Positions 17,141 through 30,266 of a stretch of DNA of 64,000 nucleotides are shown piece by piece. Position 1 is the first letter of the stretch. Every line of letters begins with the position of its first letter. The notes under the pieces were generated by a model. It did no database searches, was not told the origin of the DNA, and worked only from the letters and a program-made list of their open reading frames with translations. Source of the DNA: Podarcis vaucheri (lineage: Eukaryota); the NCBI GenBank assembly GCA_965113315.1, contig OZ220372.1; one strand, 5' to 3'. The translations under genes and the position numbers were made by a program.

Positions 17141-20100
17141 CTGAAAGGATGCATGAAAGAGAAAGAAAAACAGTCACCTTAAAAAGTTCCACTACACTCT
17201 CATCTTTGTAATTAACAAAAATGTTGATTAGCAGTTGAGGGAAAACTTTTCATTCATCTTCCTGCACTTGACTGCATTGAGGGCAGGACTGGAGAGAGGG
17301 TTGCCTTTCTCCAAGTTATGCATTCATTCATTCATCATTGGCATCATTCTCACATCTAGAAAACGAACGCCAAGAAGGTACTGACACTTAAATTCCTTCA
17401 CAAATAAATGACAACAAAACAACTAGCTGCAGAGTATAAACTGTATTTACTATAAACTTTGGCTTGCTATAAATTATGTTAATGCAAACAATATTCAAGT
17501 TTGTTAATTACGCTCCTACAAATATAGAGGATTACATCCCCTATATCTAGTGTTCTGGTGCTTAAGAAGGTGGCAGTCCTCAAATTTTAACTGAAGAGTG
17601 AAAACACTTTTCCTAACAAAAGATAAATATTTAGGGCAAATACAGATTGTGCAAACAGTTGTTACCCACAGAAAGAATGTGCATTTTTGTGGCTTTCTTG
17701 TTTTTCCAGGCTGGGGTCTTACAGGACTGTCAGATAAGGTGTGAGGGAACAAAGAAAACATTTTTAGCCCTAGAAAGCTCCAGGAGTTCTAACCTTGCAA
17801 TTAATGGCATTGCTTCCTTTCTTTTCCGTTAAAATGTCTTTTAAAGATTGGATCCGATAAAGCAGAGAATGTCAGATTAATTGTGCATACCAGTACAACC
17901 AGCCTGGTAACTATTCACTGCTGTTCTGAGGTAAGAACAAACATCTACAGCAAAAGTACACAAGGTCCTGTCAAATTGTTCAGGCAGGGTTTGTTATGAA
18001 TGACTACTTAGACAAAAGTTTCCATTAGAGAAGAATAAGAAAAGGGGGGGGGGAACATTAAACACCCCCCCGATGCATACGATAAACCACCATATTTCTA
18101 GCTGTATTCATGCAAACGTTTCCTTCAGTTTAACATACACACCTGCTCAGTTTATACAGACAGGTGTTAAACTGAAAGAGGATCACAAATACAGCCTCTT
18201 TTTAGAGGTTAGGCATTTCCTAATTTCTGCAACACTGACAAAAACAAACAATGCAGAAGTAAGGCTCCCCTTATCTCAGTCCCGCACAAGAAGAAAAGCT
18301 ACTTCCATAGTAGGAAGCATTAAAATTTCATTTCATAACAGTCGTAAAATATATGTGCTTGTCTTTAAATCTGTGACAACTTCCCAACTTCTGTTTATTT
18401 TACAACACTGGTTATTCAAACAAAGTGGAAACTGAAAGCATTTCTGTTTGCCCAAGGTAGAGCATCTGATTTTGGGCAGCCCCCACCCACTCTGTTATTC
18501 ACTGCAGCCCACTACACCTCCTACAAAATGTGCTCCTGGGAGTTGGGCAACCCTTGGGAACAGTTTGGTATATGGATTAGAATTCATACCTGGCTGGTGA
18601 AAACTGAATGCCCCACCCCTGCCTTGCATAAGAGTAAGCACTTTCCACACCACTGAATTATATGTTGTGATTTTGCTCCATGTTGTCCCTCTGAGGCTTC
18701 TATACTCAAGAGTTTGTACATGTAGGTCATGGTTGTTGAGATGCTTTGTGACCTATATTTGCTCATAATACAGAATGCAACGTGAATCAGATGTAAGGCT
18801 ATGTGTCACTTATTTTATTAAAGGATAGTTTAAAAATGATGTGCTGTATCTATTAGCGTAAGGATTTATGCCTGAGCGACAGGACTTCTTCTCCCTCTCC
18901 AGCCTTCCCAACCTGCTCTGAAACAGATTCGGGGAGGGGACTGGGGGGCACATGGGGAGAGGAAGTCCTGTTGCATAGATGGAAATCCTTGCGCTAAGAG
19001 GACCACTTAATTGCATACAACCCAAGTCACCCCAAAATAGTTGCACGTGGCAAGTTGTGACCAGATGGGAATGCATAATAGCTTTAAAAATAAAATTCTA
19101 CCAGTTCAATGGGGCCCAGAATACTGGTATCACTTGCACCCACGCCCAGTGCAGGCACTGAAATATTGCTTTATACATTGGTTTTTCTTGCTGGATCAGA
19201 GCAATTGACTCTTCTCTGACTTATGAATTTTCCATTTTAAAAAGGAAATGTTTTCATGGATATGATTTTTCATGAAGCAGACTTATGATAAAGGCATGCA
19301 GCCATGCTGATAAAATTTAATATCTCAAAGATCTTACGTAGTATATAAGAATGTATACACAAGTATGGCAGTCCTCTTTTTCTCTGTTTCTTCTCTATAG
19401 TATTTTAGCACAAATCTTTCGCAAATAACGTCTGGCTTATACAGACACAAAACAGGACAAGCAGCCTTCCTCTTGCATCACTATTGCTCTTTCTTAATAA
19501 AAAAAAAGTGCTTGAGGGTGCAGACACCAACAAATAATTGATACCATCTAGACAGAAATCTTCTCTGGTTACTATATATACCATAGGTTGATTTCCAATT
19601 AGACTTAGCAGATATAGAAAGTATTGCTTTGGGCAAAATGCTTCACATCTAATTATATCTCTTGCGTGAAAGTGTAGGAGAGTGCATTTAAGGTCCAGAA
19701 TACTCACACACCAAAGCTCCTATGACTCACAGAATTGATGCACAGCTTACTTAAGCCAACATATGTGCGTTTCAGCCTTTTTAGTTTTACTGAACACAGT
19801 AGCCAGCAGCATCCAGCAACTTCCTTAAAATGTGCATTTTTATGCTCCCTTCTCCATTTCTATGAAGCCCATCCCTCTACCTGACAACCCAAAAAACTAT
19901 TGTCTTCAATTTTTAAAACTGTGTGCCCTGGCTAACAGATCCAACTCATCTTAAAGACAAGGTATGTTGCTGCTTAATGAGTGTAAAGAAAATACAAATA
20001 AGTTCCAATCAACTAAGCTTTCATCAGACATGCATAAAAGAAGTGGTAGAGACCACATACATTTCGACAGTTAAAATAATCTGCTTCCATGATCACTTTC

Positions 20101-20435
20101 ATGAACCTAAGACCATCTTAAGTGCAACTATAATATTCCTATTGTAAACGGAGACATTCAAATGCAAAAACACCCCAAATTTATGCTTTTAAAAATCTCA
20201 GTTCCTTGTTAATACTTTGCACCCATGAACAGGAAAACTAACTGAATTTAAATTGGTAAGAATCATGGGTTACTTTATACCAGGAACGCTTACCCTTTCT
20301 CGACCCTAGCCTCCTCTGAAGGCCAGCTGTGATGATGGCCTAAGTCATTTTGGCCAGCAACTGCGCATTCAGTTTTGTGCATGCAAACACATCCACACAG
20401 ACTGTACTTCAGTCCACACACTCACTACACACAGG

Positions 20436-20487
<52 letters not shown>
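20436..20487. repeat. (GT)n(GA)n compound microsatellite
   Basis: Visible directly in the sequence. Confidence 0.9.
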
Positions 20488-20491
<4 letters not shown>

Positions 20492-22238
20492 GACACCCAG
20501 CAAACTCACACACACACGGGAAGCTGAGCTGTGGCTGTGAGGAAGAGATAAAGTCCTCTGAAGAGCAAACACAGATTTTTTTTTCTACCTGCAGTGCTGA
20601 GCTGGGAAAAGAACCTCTCCTCTTAGAACATGCCCTGCTGCGATGGGAAGATAAATTGCACTTTCTGCTCTTCAGAAAGCAAACTCTGAAAAGCAAAGAT
20701 AGTGACTTTCCTCCCCGTTAACAGCACCAGACTTCTCCCAGCCTACAGCTGCAATGGAGAGAAAGACCACCTGAGCGTTCTTCCTCACCTTGCAAAGGTG
20801 CCTTGGTTTTCTTCCTCTTGTGTGCCACTATTGTTAGGAGGTCTTAATGCTCAGAAAACTAGCAGGAGCATTGCCTTTTAAAAACAAAATTACTGTCCTG
20901 GAAGGCTTGGGGTGTCAAAAATCATATATTTAAAAAATATGCTAGGTATGTCAGCTTGGGAAGGAAGCTGCTCTGAACCATGGGTAGAATGGGAAGGGAG
21001 GCAATTTTGGAGGTTCTTGCTCCCCACTGCAGCCTCTGGAGGATTTGCCAACCCTCTGGAGTACTTTTTAAAAAATAAATAAAGTTTTTATTTATTTTCA
21101 TGGTACAGAAGATAAATTGTGAGGAAACAATTATTACAACAGTAAACGCCAATAACTTGTCCTAACAAAATTACAAACTTTTACCATGCCATTGTATTAA
21201 AAGTTTCATTTGATTACTCTAAAAGATCATGCCACATTTTCCTGTGAGTGCTGATTTGATTCCTGCCACAGTCTGAACAATTTATGTATTCAATAAAAAT
21301 TTGCCATACGTTATAAAAGGAATATGGATTGCGTTTGCCCTTTGCCGCTCTCACCTGACATGTTAAGTTTCCTCTGGAGTACTTTTAAGCCGTATGTCAA
21401 CCATCTCAAAATGGTTAAACCCAAAAAATAGCTTCTTCAATGATATCAGAATCAGAGTTCCAAAAGACTACATCTTTGCCTTATGTACATCAAGAACCAA
21501 TCCAGCACTTTTCAGTATTTCTGGCAGTTTTAAGAATTCCCTTCTTTAGTTCATTTAGTTACAGTGCCTGATGCCTGTTAGTTTGGGAGCAAGTCCCATT
21601 GTGTTCCATCGGGCATACTCACAAAAAAGTGTGAATAGGATTGCAGCCTGAGGCACTGAGCACAGTGGAACTTGCTTCTGCTACACATGAATAGTGTTGC
21701 CCTACTATGCATTTTAATTCACTTAAGTCGAAAATAGGCCTACTTTTTGCTGCACTTTCTATTTTCAGCCACTGTGTGAATGGTCTGGTACAAAATATTG
21801 GGGGCATGTGCTTCAGTTTAAGTGCATGAATGGTCCCATTGACTCCTAAAGCAAATTGGGAACACTCAGTACCTTGTAAAGTCACAGCTCACTATTGTAG
21901 CAATGAATCCTTCAATGTAGCGTATAGTTGACAATGAAAACTTCTCATTCTATTTTATAAAACCCATCATGTACTTTATGCAATTGTATAGTGCGATACA
22001 CACTTTAAAGAGCATTAAGTTGTACAAAAGCATGCATAGGCTTATAATCTTATTTATTTCCCTTTTGAGAAGATCTCCTAATAGTCTAAAATCCATTTGC
22101 TTTGTGACTGTAAATCCAGTATTTGTTCCAGTGAACAGAACTGCAGACATTTTAGAAATACCCATGCACTGATTTGTTTGAAAACCACAGGTTTTGACCT
22201 CTCATTTATATCTATATCTGTATCTATATATTTATATC

Positions 22239-22284
<46 letters not shown>

Positions 22285-22285
22285 A
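22239..22285. repeat. (TCTA)n tetranucleotide microsatellite
   Basis: Visible directly in the sequence. Confidence 0.9.
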
Positions 22286-22893
22286 TCTTCTACATCTACT
22301 GTCTTTCTTCTTAATGGTTCACTGGATCAAAATCATACTTCATACTCTAACACACTATCCCCAACTCCTCTGCACTCATGGACTAGGGGGTATGTGTGTG
22401 TGTGTCTTGGTGGACTACTTAATGATTTTCCACATGTAATGTGCTGTGCTAGATGCTGTAAAAAGTTCAAATATATTTTTACTGCTTCTTTCATTTATTA
22501 TGTATTGCATCTTACTGTGTTGCGATTTGAATTGCATAAAATCCAAACTGTAATGCAACAAAATACAGTGTTAGTAATAAATGGAGCACTCAAAATACAG
22601 TTAAAAACAATGTGAATATTTAATATTTACCACTTCCGTCTTCAAAGAAAGACATGGCGTGAACCCCCTAAATGGAGTTTGTGGACCCAGACCACATCTT
22701 AGGAACCCCTGCTTTAGTCCATCACCAAGCATAGCCACATAGAATTGCTGTTACATGCTTTTAAAAAAAATCTGGATACAACTGAGTGACTCTCTCATGC
22801 TACTGAGTTACCGTCCAGTTTCACTGACACATGCACACATTCAATAAGGAGCTACTGGTGCTTTAGCAAGCGAAAAAGACAGAAATGTCTTAC

Positions 22894-23009
22894 CTGCAGA
22901 GAATGTCAGCTGGATCTGTTCTTCAATTATTTCAAGTGCAATAAAATCATGTTTTTCATTAAAACGCCCATTGTAGAGAAGCAGAGCATTCCTTTCCCTG
23001 GTTGCAAAC
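22894..23009 (-). CDS. CELSR1: CELSR1 coding exon (probably exon 4; laminin-G domain), 116 bp
   Basis: ttttAG|G TTT GCA ACC...TCT GCA G|GTaaga; encodes FATRERNALLLYNGRFNEKHDFIALEIIEEQIQLTFSA. Confidence 0.94.
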
Positions 23010-24416
23010 CTAAAACAGGTCAGGAAGCACAAGGGAAGAATTATCTACAGCAAAGTTGCTCTGTAAACAAACCTCTTAAGAATTTCCAGCCACTGTGTTA
23101 ACAAAGAATGGACACTTAGTATATTCCTAGCTGTAAAATGGAACCTATTTCCTTTGTAATGTACCATATACTAGCAAAATGTCTGAAACTGTATCTACGA
23201 AGAGAGCCTATGGCATCACCACAACAGTTTCCTAAATATAATACATTGGGTGGCATTTAGTGCTAGTCCTAATCAGAATAGACTCATTGAAGTTAATGGA
23301 CATGACTAATTTAGATTTACTTTGCCAATTAATTTTTTATTGAGTTTCACCATTTTTTAACAAATTAACATCAAATCCAATACACATTTAAAAGTTGAAT
23401 CCCCACCCTTCTTCAATGATGTTTTTGTTCCCACCCTTTCCTGCTGGATTATATTTTTCTCCATCAATAACTCAGTCAATTCTTGTGGGGCCTGCTATAA
23501 GTGCCAATCAGCCGATCAGGAGTTACAGCCAGCCTTGCTTGTCAATGAATGAACAGGAGTGCACTTTAAGGCTCCATATTATTTCTTCTGCAGTTGTGTC
23601 TTTATCTGCATCACATCCAATGTCCCATTATGGCATCAGGTACGGAGAAGATAGCTGTGGTTTGGGGGAAATGGAGATGGTAGCTATGGTTTGGGGGAAA
23701 TGGCTTAGCAGGCCAAATTAGGACACTGCTAACTTATTATTATAGTGCTTGGAATAGATGTGCAAGGTTACAAAAAATGGTGGCCACTATCACTTTCATG
23801 CTTATTGGAAGCCCAGTCCTAAATGTCTACTCAGAAGGAAGCCCCATTGTTGTGGGTGGAACTTCTAAGAATCTGATCTTAGGACTGCAGCCTGCATCGA
23901 AGACCTGCCTAGCTGTTCTGCCCTATTTGTCATGCAACCACCCATCCCCATCAAGGACATATTACTGGGATGTGTCCAATAAACTATTTCTTTAAAACAG
24001 TGATTGGTTGGTGGAAGGAAGGAAAGGAGAGAGAAAGGGAAGCTCTTCAGCCTTATAGTAGGTGGCACACAGCTGACAATTAATGCAGAAAATGTGACAA
24101 GATGCTTAAGAGAAAAGAAACAGCTTGTAATGAAGAAGTAGATGATTTTAAGCTGCCTCTACTTTATTTAGCTATTTTTATTACATCTGCTTTTTCAGCT
24201 GTGGTATATGGCATACATAACCTACAGCCTTCATACAGTTTTGAAACTAGTTAACTTGCAACACAGTTTGTGGGCATGAGGGTTATTTTAAAAACACAAA
24301 TTGAAATCAAGTGGTGAACTTCATTAGATATGTCTTCAGCTCTTTGCCATGGTTTGGCTTCGTGTGTGAACCAGGTCAGTGACTGGAAATTTTCACTAGA
24401 AAGGAAGCAAACTTAC

Positions 24417-24639
24417 ATGAGAGAAACAGTGAAATGGAAGCGTTGCCTTAATCCTTTGAAAGTGACAAATGACTCTGGGGGAAAGCTCCTTGTGGTCATC
24501 TCACAGTAAGGTCTCTCATATTCGCCAGCAGGGCATTCGCATTTGAAGCCTCCTATGAGCAGATCGACGCACCTCCCACCATTCTTGCACACTCCCGGAG
24601 CGCAGCGCCCAGAGCGAGCGTTCACTTCGCAGTACTCTC
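24417..24639 (-). CDS. CELSR1: CELSR1 coding exon (probably exon 3; EGF-like domain and start of laminin-G), 223 bp
   Basis: ttttAG|GA GAG TAC TGC...CTC AT|GTaagt; encodes EYCEVNARSGRCAPGVCKNGGRC...FKGLRQRFHFTVSL. Confidence 0.95.
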
Positions 24640-26810
24640 CTAAAAAAACACAACCACAATAAAAAATACATCCAGTGTGAGGAAATAATAATATGCCTCC
24701 AAAACCTTTAGTAGATCAAAAGCATTTCAAATAGTGATTGATGAACTTCAGCAGAATAAACTATCATCTGAAATAGGCTATGTATTTATGTCTAATTCCA
24801 TAAAACAATGTTGCCCACCCTAGCCTTGTGAGTTAGCTGTTAAGTGCCATGGTCTACTCTTGCACCTCTGACAGAAGACCCCTCCATGCTCTCCCATTAC
24901 ACCAGGCCAGTTGTTTCATTCTTATGAAAGTAATTGACACTGTTGCAGAGGAAAGAGCCTCTATTGCATGATTGTGGTGGTGGAATTAAACAGTCAAAAG
25001 GACTATTAAAATGTCATTAAAAATACACTAACATCAAAAGCATTTCCACCCACACTACAAGGATAGCACCATATCTTGCTGTCTGATCAGAGCCAATCCT
25101 TCTGTTACCTAGTAATCACAATGAAGTCTCTCAGGCTACAGTGCTTTTGCATGTTTGAACTGTTGAGAACAGCACAAACCTAAATAAATGGCTAAGTATG
25201 GTCTTATCCCTATTGAAACCGAAAGAGAGTATCTACCAATAAAGCCCTGACTTCTATCTGGAGTGACATCTTACAGGGCCGATGAAAGGGCAACTGACAA
25301 CAAACAAACAAACAGGGCATTGACATGCACATATGTACTTGCAGAAACACTACAGAATCAAGTAAACAAGAGAACAGGCAGCTGTCTGTATGGTCTGTAA
25401 TCTTTAAATCACTGCCATTCTTATGGGTAGAAAAAAATGGCCCTGGAGTTATTAAATAATAGCACATTCTTGAATGTAAATTTTTAATAACTACTTGGGT
25501 GATCCCTGAACATTTCACCAAGGTCAAGAATGTCTCCTGGCAAGTCAACAGCCCCGTTTGCTCATTCTATTGTTTGTCCTCTGTTCCTGTTTGAAACAGT
25601 GGTTGCCTTCATATTTAAAAGACCCTCTTTCACTTTCACTCACATCTGAAATCAAGACTGCAAATTTAAGGTGTTAGCAACACAGGAGGCGAAGCATAGG
25701 AATTCATGGTGGGTTGGAGTGATATTTGTCTTCAGTAAAGGGATGTACAGCATAAAGGGGCTATAATGAAATACTAAGAAATAACAATAGAGTGCCAGAC
25801 CTTATTTGCTCAAGGTCTGTTTATGCAATCATTTATCCTGGGACACCAACTCCTGGACTTGACTGAACTTCTAATTTGTTTACACCTTCAAAATGTGAAT
25901 GTGATTCTGAAGAAATCTGAATGACTGAACAATGCCTAGTTATCTTGAGGGCTCTTGACCCTTCTCTTCTTCATAAAAAAGCCAAGTGATCTTGTAAACA
26001 ATCCTATGAATGGGATGGAGGGGGTGGAAGAGTACTGAGTTTGCTAGAGATGCAGAGTGAACTGTGAAAGGCCCACAGAGTAATGGGTTTCTTACATTGT
26101 ATAGGGCAGGACTATTGACTCAGATTAACAACCCAGACAGAAACTGTGAATTCACACTCCTGTAAAAACACCTCTTCTCATACTTGTTATCTCCATATGA
26201 ATAGTAAGAAATAAAATCATCTTTGATCTCTGTGTTGGTTTACATGTGTACCTGGCATGTAAGTGGAACACAGTTGCAAGACATAGTCTTCTTCTCTTCC
26301 CCCAAAACACACAGAACCTTTAGCATGAACTGAACTGAGGTCCACATGGCTATGCCTCTCATGGGACCTTTTAATTCCTTGAACGTTCAAGCAGGATCTA
26401 TTCATATACGAATTTGCATACACATGATCTGGTATGCATAAGGTTCTGAGCTTCTGAGCCACACATCCATCATATGTTGAGCCCATGTGTGAATTAGCTC
26501 TGCCTCACACACATTAATATAGTGTTTGCTTTCTGCACACCAATATTTTGACAAAGTCAAGAAAAATGTGACAGCAATTAAGCCTAAAAGCTAGTGCAGC
26601 TGTAGTGCTTATTTTAGAATGTTGGGCTAATATTTGGGACACCAGAGTTAGAATTCTTTGGGCTATCTCTCAGCCTAACCTACCAAACAAGGTTGTTGTC
26701 AGAACAAACAGAGAGGAGGAGGAGAAACACATATGCTACCGTGAACTCTTTGGAAGAAAGGTTGGATATAAATGTAACAATACATTAACTTAAATTAATA
26801 AAATAAATTA

Positions 26811-27218
26811 CCGTATTTTTCGCTCTATTGGACGCAGTTTTTCCTCTCCAAAAATTGAGGGGAAATGTGTGTGCGTCCTATAGAGCGAATGCAGGATTGT
26901 GCCATAGCCGCGCACAACCCCTCCAGCAAGGAGAGGCTGCATGGGGCTATGGCTTCTTTAGCCCCACGCAGCCTCTCCCGGCAAGGAGAGGCTGCACGGG
27001 GCTAAAGGGGAAGCCAAAACAGCGAGCGGGATCCATACCGCTTGCTGTCTTGCCTTCTTCCATAGCTGCGCACAACCCCTCTGGCAGGGAGAGGTTGTGT
27101 GCAGCCTGTACGCTGCTCTTTGGGGCTGGGGGGGGAAAATATTTTTTTCCTTGATTTCCCCCCCTAAAAACTGGGTGCGCCCTATGGTCCGGTGCGCCCT
27201 ATGGTGCGAAAAATACAG
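26811..27218. mobile_element. Tc1/mariner(pogo)-type MITE
   Basis: TIRs CCGTATTTTTCGC...GCGAAAAATACAG flanked by TA on both sides; GC-rich interior with internal repeats. Confidence 0.8.
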
Positions 27219-28041
27219 TAATAAAAAGGCTGCATTGATTCAAAAATTCTAAAGGAATTGTTTCTACATAAGCATGTTTATATCAAATTGTCTTGTGTGA
27301 TTTGTGCTCAAACTTTATTGTGATGGCCATTGGCTATAAACAATAAAATCTACTGACATCAGATTGTAAGGCTTGCAAATAAAAGTTTTGGAAGGTTATG
27401 TATCACTTTGATGGTAAGCCACTGCCGCAGAGGTGCTATTCTTGTGCTATACACAGATAAGACAGTGAAAATGCTTAGGATTGGGATGCTAATGCTTACG
27501 CTGTGCAAATATTTAAATGTGTGAATTGGAGAAAGTTGGTATGATGCTTCATGTCACTTTATCTCATTAAGGAGGATTGGAAGCTCTGCATTTCTCACAA
27601 TAAATATAAACTAATTTTGGGATAAGACAACAAAAATGGGGTAATACAAGAGTGACAGCAGCAATTGGGTGGACAGGCCAGGAAGGTATAAGTGTGGCAT
27701 TCCATCCATATTGTTCCAGCAGAAAGAGAGCTCTCACTACTCCCTCAGATTTCACAGAGGAGCCATGCTAGACTGAGGCATTTTACTTCTAGAAGCTACT
27801 GCAGTGACTAGCAACATTGTGCCTGTTGAACAGTTCAAGATAACTCAAAAGCTTTTGTGCCTTTTGGTTGGTCCTAATAAAGTCATTACCGGACTGTTTT
27901 TCTGCTTATGGACCAAAACAGCTTCCCTGATTTTTTATAATGCTAATAAAGTGAGCATAGTTTACCCTTTTTAATACAACCAGGGTTTTAAAACTATAGA
28001 CAGAGATGGAATATCTGTTTTCTCCTCCTCCTCCCCTACAG

Positions 28042-28093
<52 letters not shown>

Positions 28094-29219
28094 GGGCAGA
28101 CAATTTGGGATCCCTCTTTTCTTTTTAATTTGGATTTTAAAAAATAATTTAAAGAGGAAAGAAACAATGTATTTGGGATTACAAATTATTTAGGGCACAT
28201 CTGCTAACAGCAACAAAAGCAATTCCCCCATCAGCAGAAAATGCAAACACATTCTCAAGATTATATACTTAATTTCCATTGTTTACAAAAGGCTGTCCAG
28301 TGTCCTTAATCCATGATGTCAACAGAAGCTGTACAGCAAGCCTAAGAGCTGGCTTTATTTATTTACGAACTTACTTATAGGTTCTTGCACGATTCATGGA
28401 AATAAGTACATCATTTTTATCTGATTGGTCGTTAAATGTTCTTACAACCAAGCCTGGATAAATAAAAATGCAAAGTATGAATAGTTAAAAAACAAGTAGG
28501 GGATCTGAATAGAAAGGAAGAGGGGAATAACAGTTTGCCCAGAAGCTTAAATTTACCCGTTTAAGCCTTGTTGAATATACTGTAATCCAGGTTTCAGTTA
28601 TTTGCAGACACACCTCCATACACCTGACAACTACAAAATTAGTTTGCCTCAAGCCAGGAATTCAGTATGATGATACCCTTTGTTAATTTAGCCTCTGGCT
28701 GTGCTGTGCTGATGGGGTGGGGCTCGGGGCCTTGCCATGCAATGTTCTAACTGAGGGCTAACTCTTCCAGATACTCAGTTAAAGGTGCCATCCTACACTT
28801 GCCTACTCAAAAAAAAAGGAGCACTGAATTCAATGTGACCTCCTACCAGTGTGTGTAGTGTGTCCAGAACTGCATAAGAATGCAAAAAACAAAACAAAAC
28901 ACCACTTCATGACATAAACAACAATAATAAAGCAGACCGTAGTTAGTTGAATTCAGATCTGCAAACAGTAACATGCAGATTTGAGCTATGGTCAATAACT
29001 CTGAATGTTAGCCAATCACCAGTTTGCATTACACAGTATTGAGATATAAGCAGCAATCAGTAAGTCAGTTACTTTGAAGCAATACCCTGCTAACTCTCAG
29101 GGTTTAACGCAGGATAAACATGTTTAAGATACACACATAAATATTAGTTATTTTCAGCACCATGGGTGATACCCAATGCTGGTGATATCAGTGGGTCTAC
29201 TTTGAGTATGACTGATATT

Positions 29220-29390
29220 GGGGAAAGAACATAGCTCATTGGCAGAGCATCTGCTTTGAATGTAGAAGGTCCCAATTTCAATCCCTAGCATCTCCAGGTA
29301 AGACAGATACAGACTTCTGTCTGAAACCTTGGAGACCTGCTTCTGGTCAACGTAAACACTACTGGGCTAAATGGACCAAGGGTCTGGTTG
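29220..29390 (+). mobile_element. Degenerate tRNA-derived SINE
   Basis: tRNA-like head (tagctcattggcagagcatctgcttt...tcaatccc) with A/B-box remnants; boundaries approximate. Confidence 0.55.
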
Positions 29391-30010
29391 GCGGAGACTG
29401 CCAGGTTACCTTGTATTAGCCATCTTGAGCTCATGCTGGAAGAAATGTATGATATAAAGTTATAAATGATAATAATTAGATAACAGGGCAGTTTCCTATG
29501 CTATCAACCAGAGACTTAACTGTGCTGAGGATAGCAACAGTGTGATTTTTTAGTATCAGGAGGAACTGGCAATAGTTGCAGCTATTATAATTTATCAGCC
29601 TATCAAAAATGCCAGCTGAGAGCAGAAGGGGCAAGCATTCAAGCCAGAAAAAGGCAATTGGCAGCCAGGAGCAGCCAGGAGAGTGAATATATGCATCTGC
29701 TTGTGGTGGTCTTAGCTGCTCTTGCCAGTTGCTCACTGCCCACTCTGAGCAGCAGATGCATTCAGTTACCTTCACTCTCTAGAGTAAGTAGGTAGGCAAC
29801 TGGCAAGAACAGTTGAGAGAGCCAAATGTTTTGTGTCAATTAAAAAAACCCCCAAAGTGATTCAAGAAATTCACATATAGAGATTTTATATCACCTGGGA
29901 GGGCATCTCCATGTCGGTGCTCTGTGTCCTTGTAATTTTGTATTCAAGAATACATAACAGAGAAATTAAAGCCCAAAATTTCACGTACAAAAACGTATCT
30001 ACTTTTAGTA

Positions 30011-30266
30011 GAAGAAGAAGAAGAAGAAGAGTTTGGATTTGATATCCCGCCTTTCACTCCCCTTCAGGAGTCTCAAAGCGGCTAACATTCTCCTTTCCCT
30101 TCCTCCCCCACAACAAACACTCTGTGAGGTGAGTGGGGCTGAGAGACTTCAAAGAAGTGTGACTGGCCCAAGGTCACCCAGCAGCTGCATGTGGAGGAGC
30201 GGAGATGTGAACCCGGTTCCCCAGATTACGAGACTACCGCTCTTAACCACTACACCACACTGGCTC
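30011..30266 (-). mobile_element. Squamate tRNA-derived SINE (Squam3-like) with (CTT)n tail
   Basis: Minus strand begins GAGCCAGTGTGGTGTAGTGGTTAAGAGCGG (A box), has a CORE-like segment and ends in (CTT)n. Confidence 0.8.

Noticed and set aside
29220-30266. tRNA genes
   Set aside because: The tRNA-like heads continue into SINE bodies and tails and do not form a complete cloverleaf.
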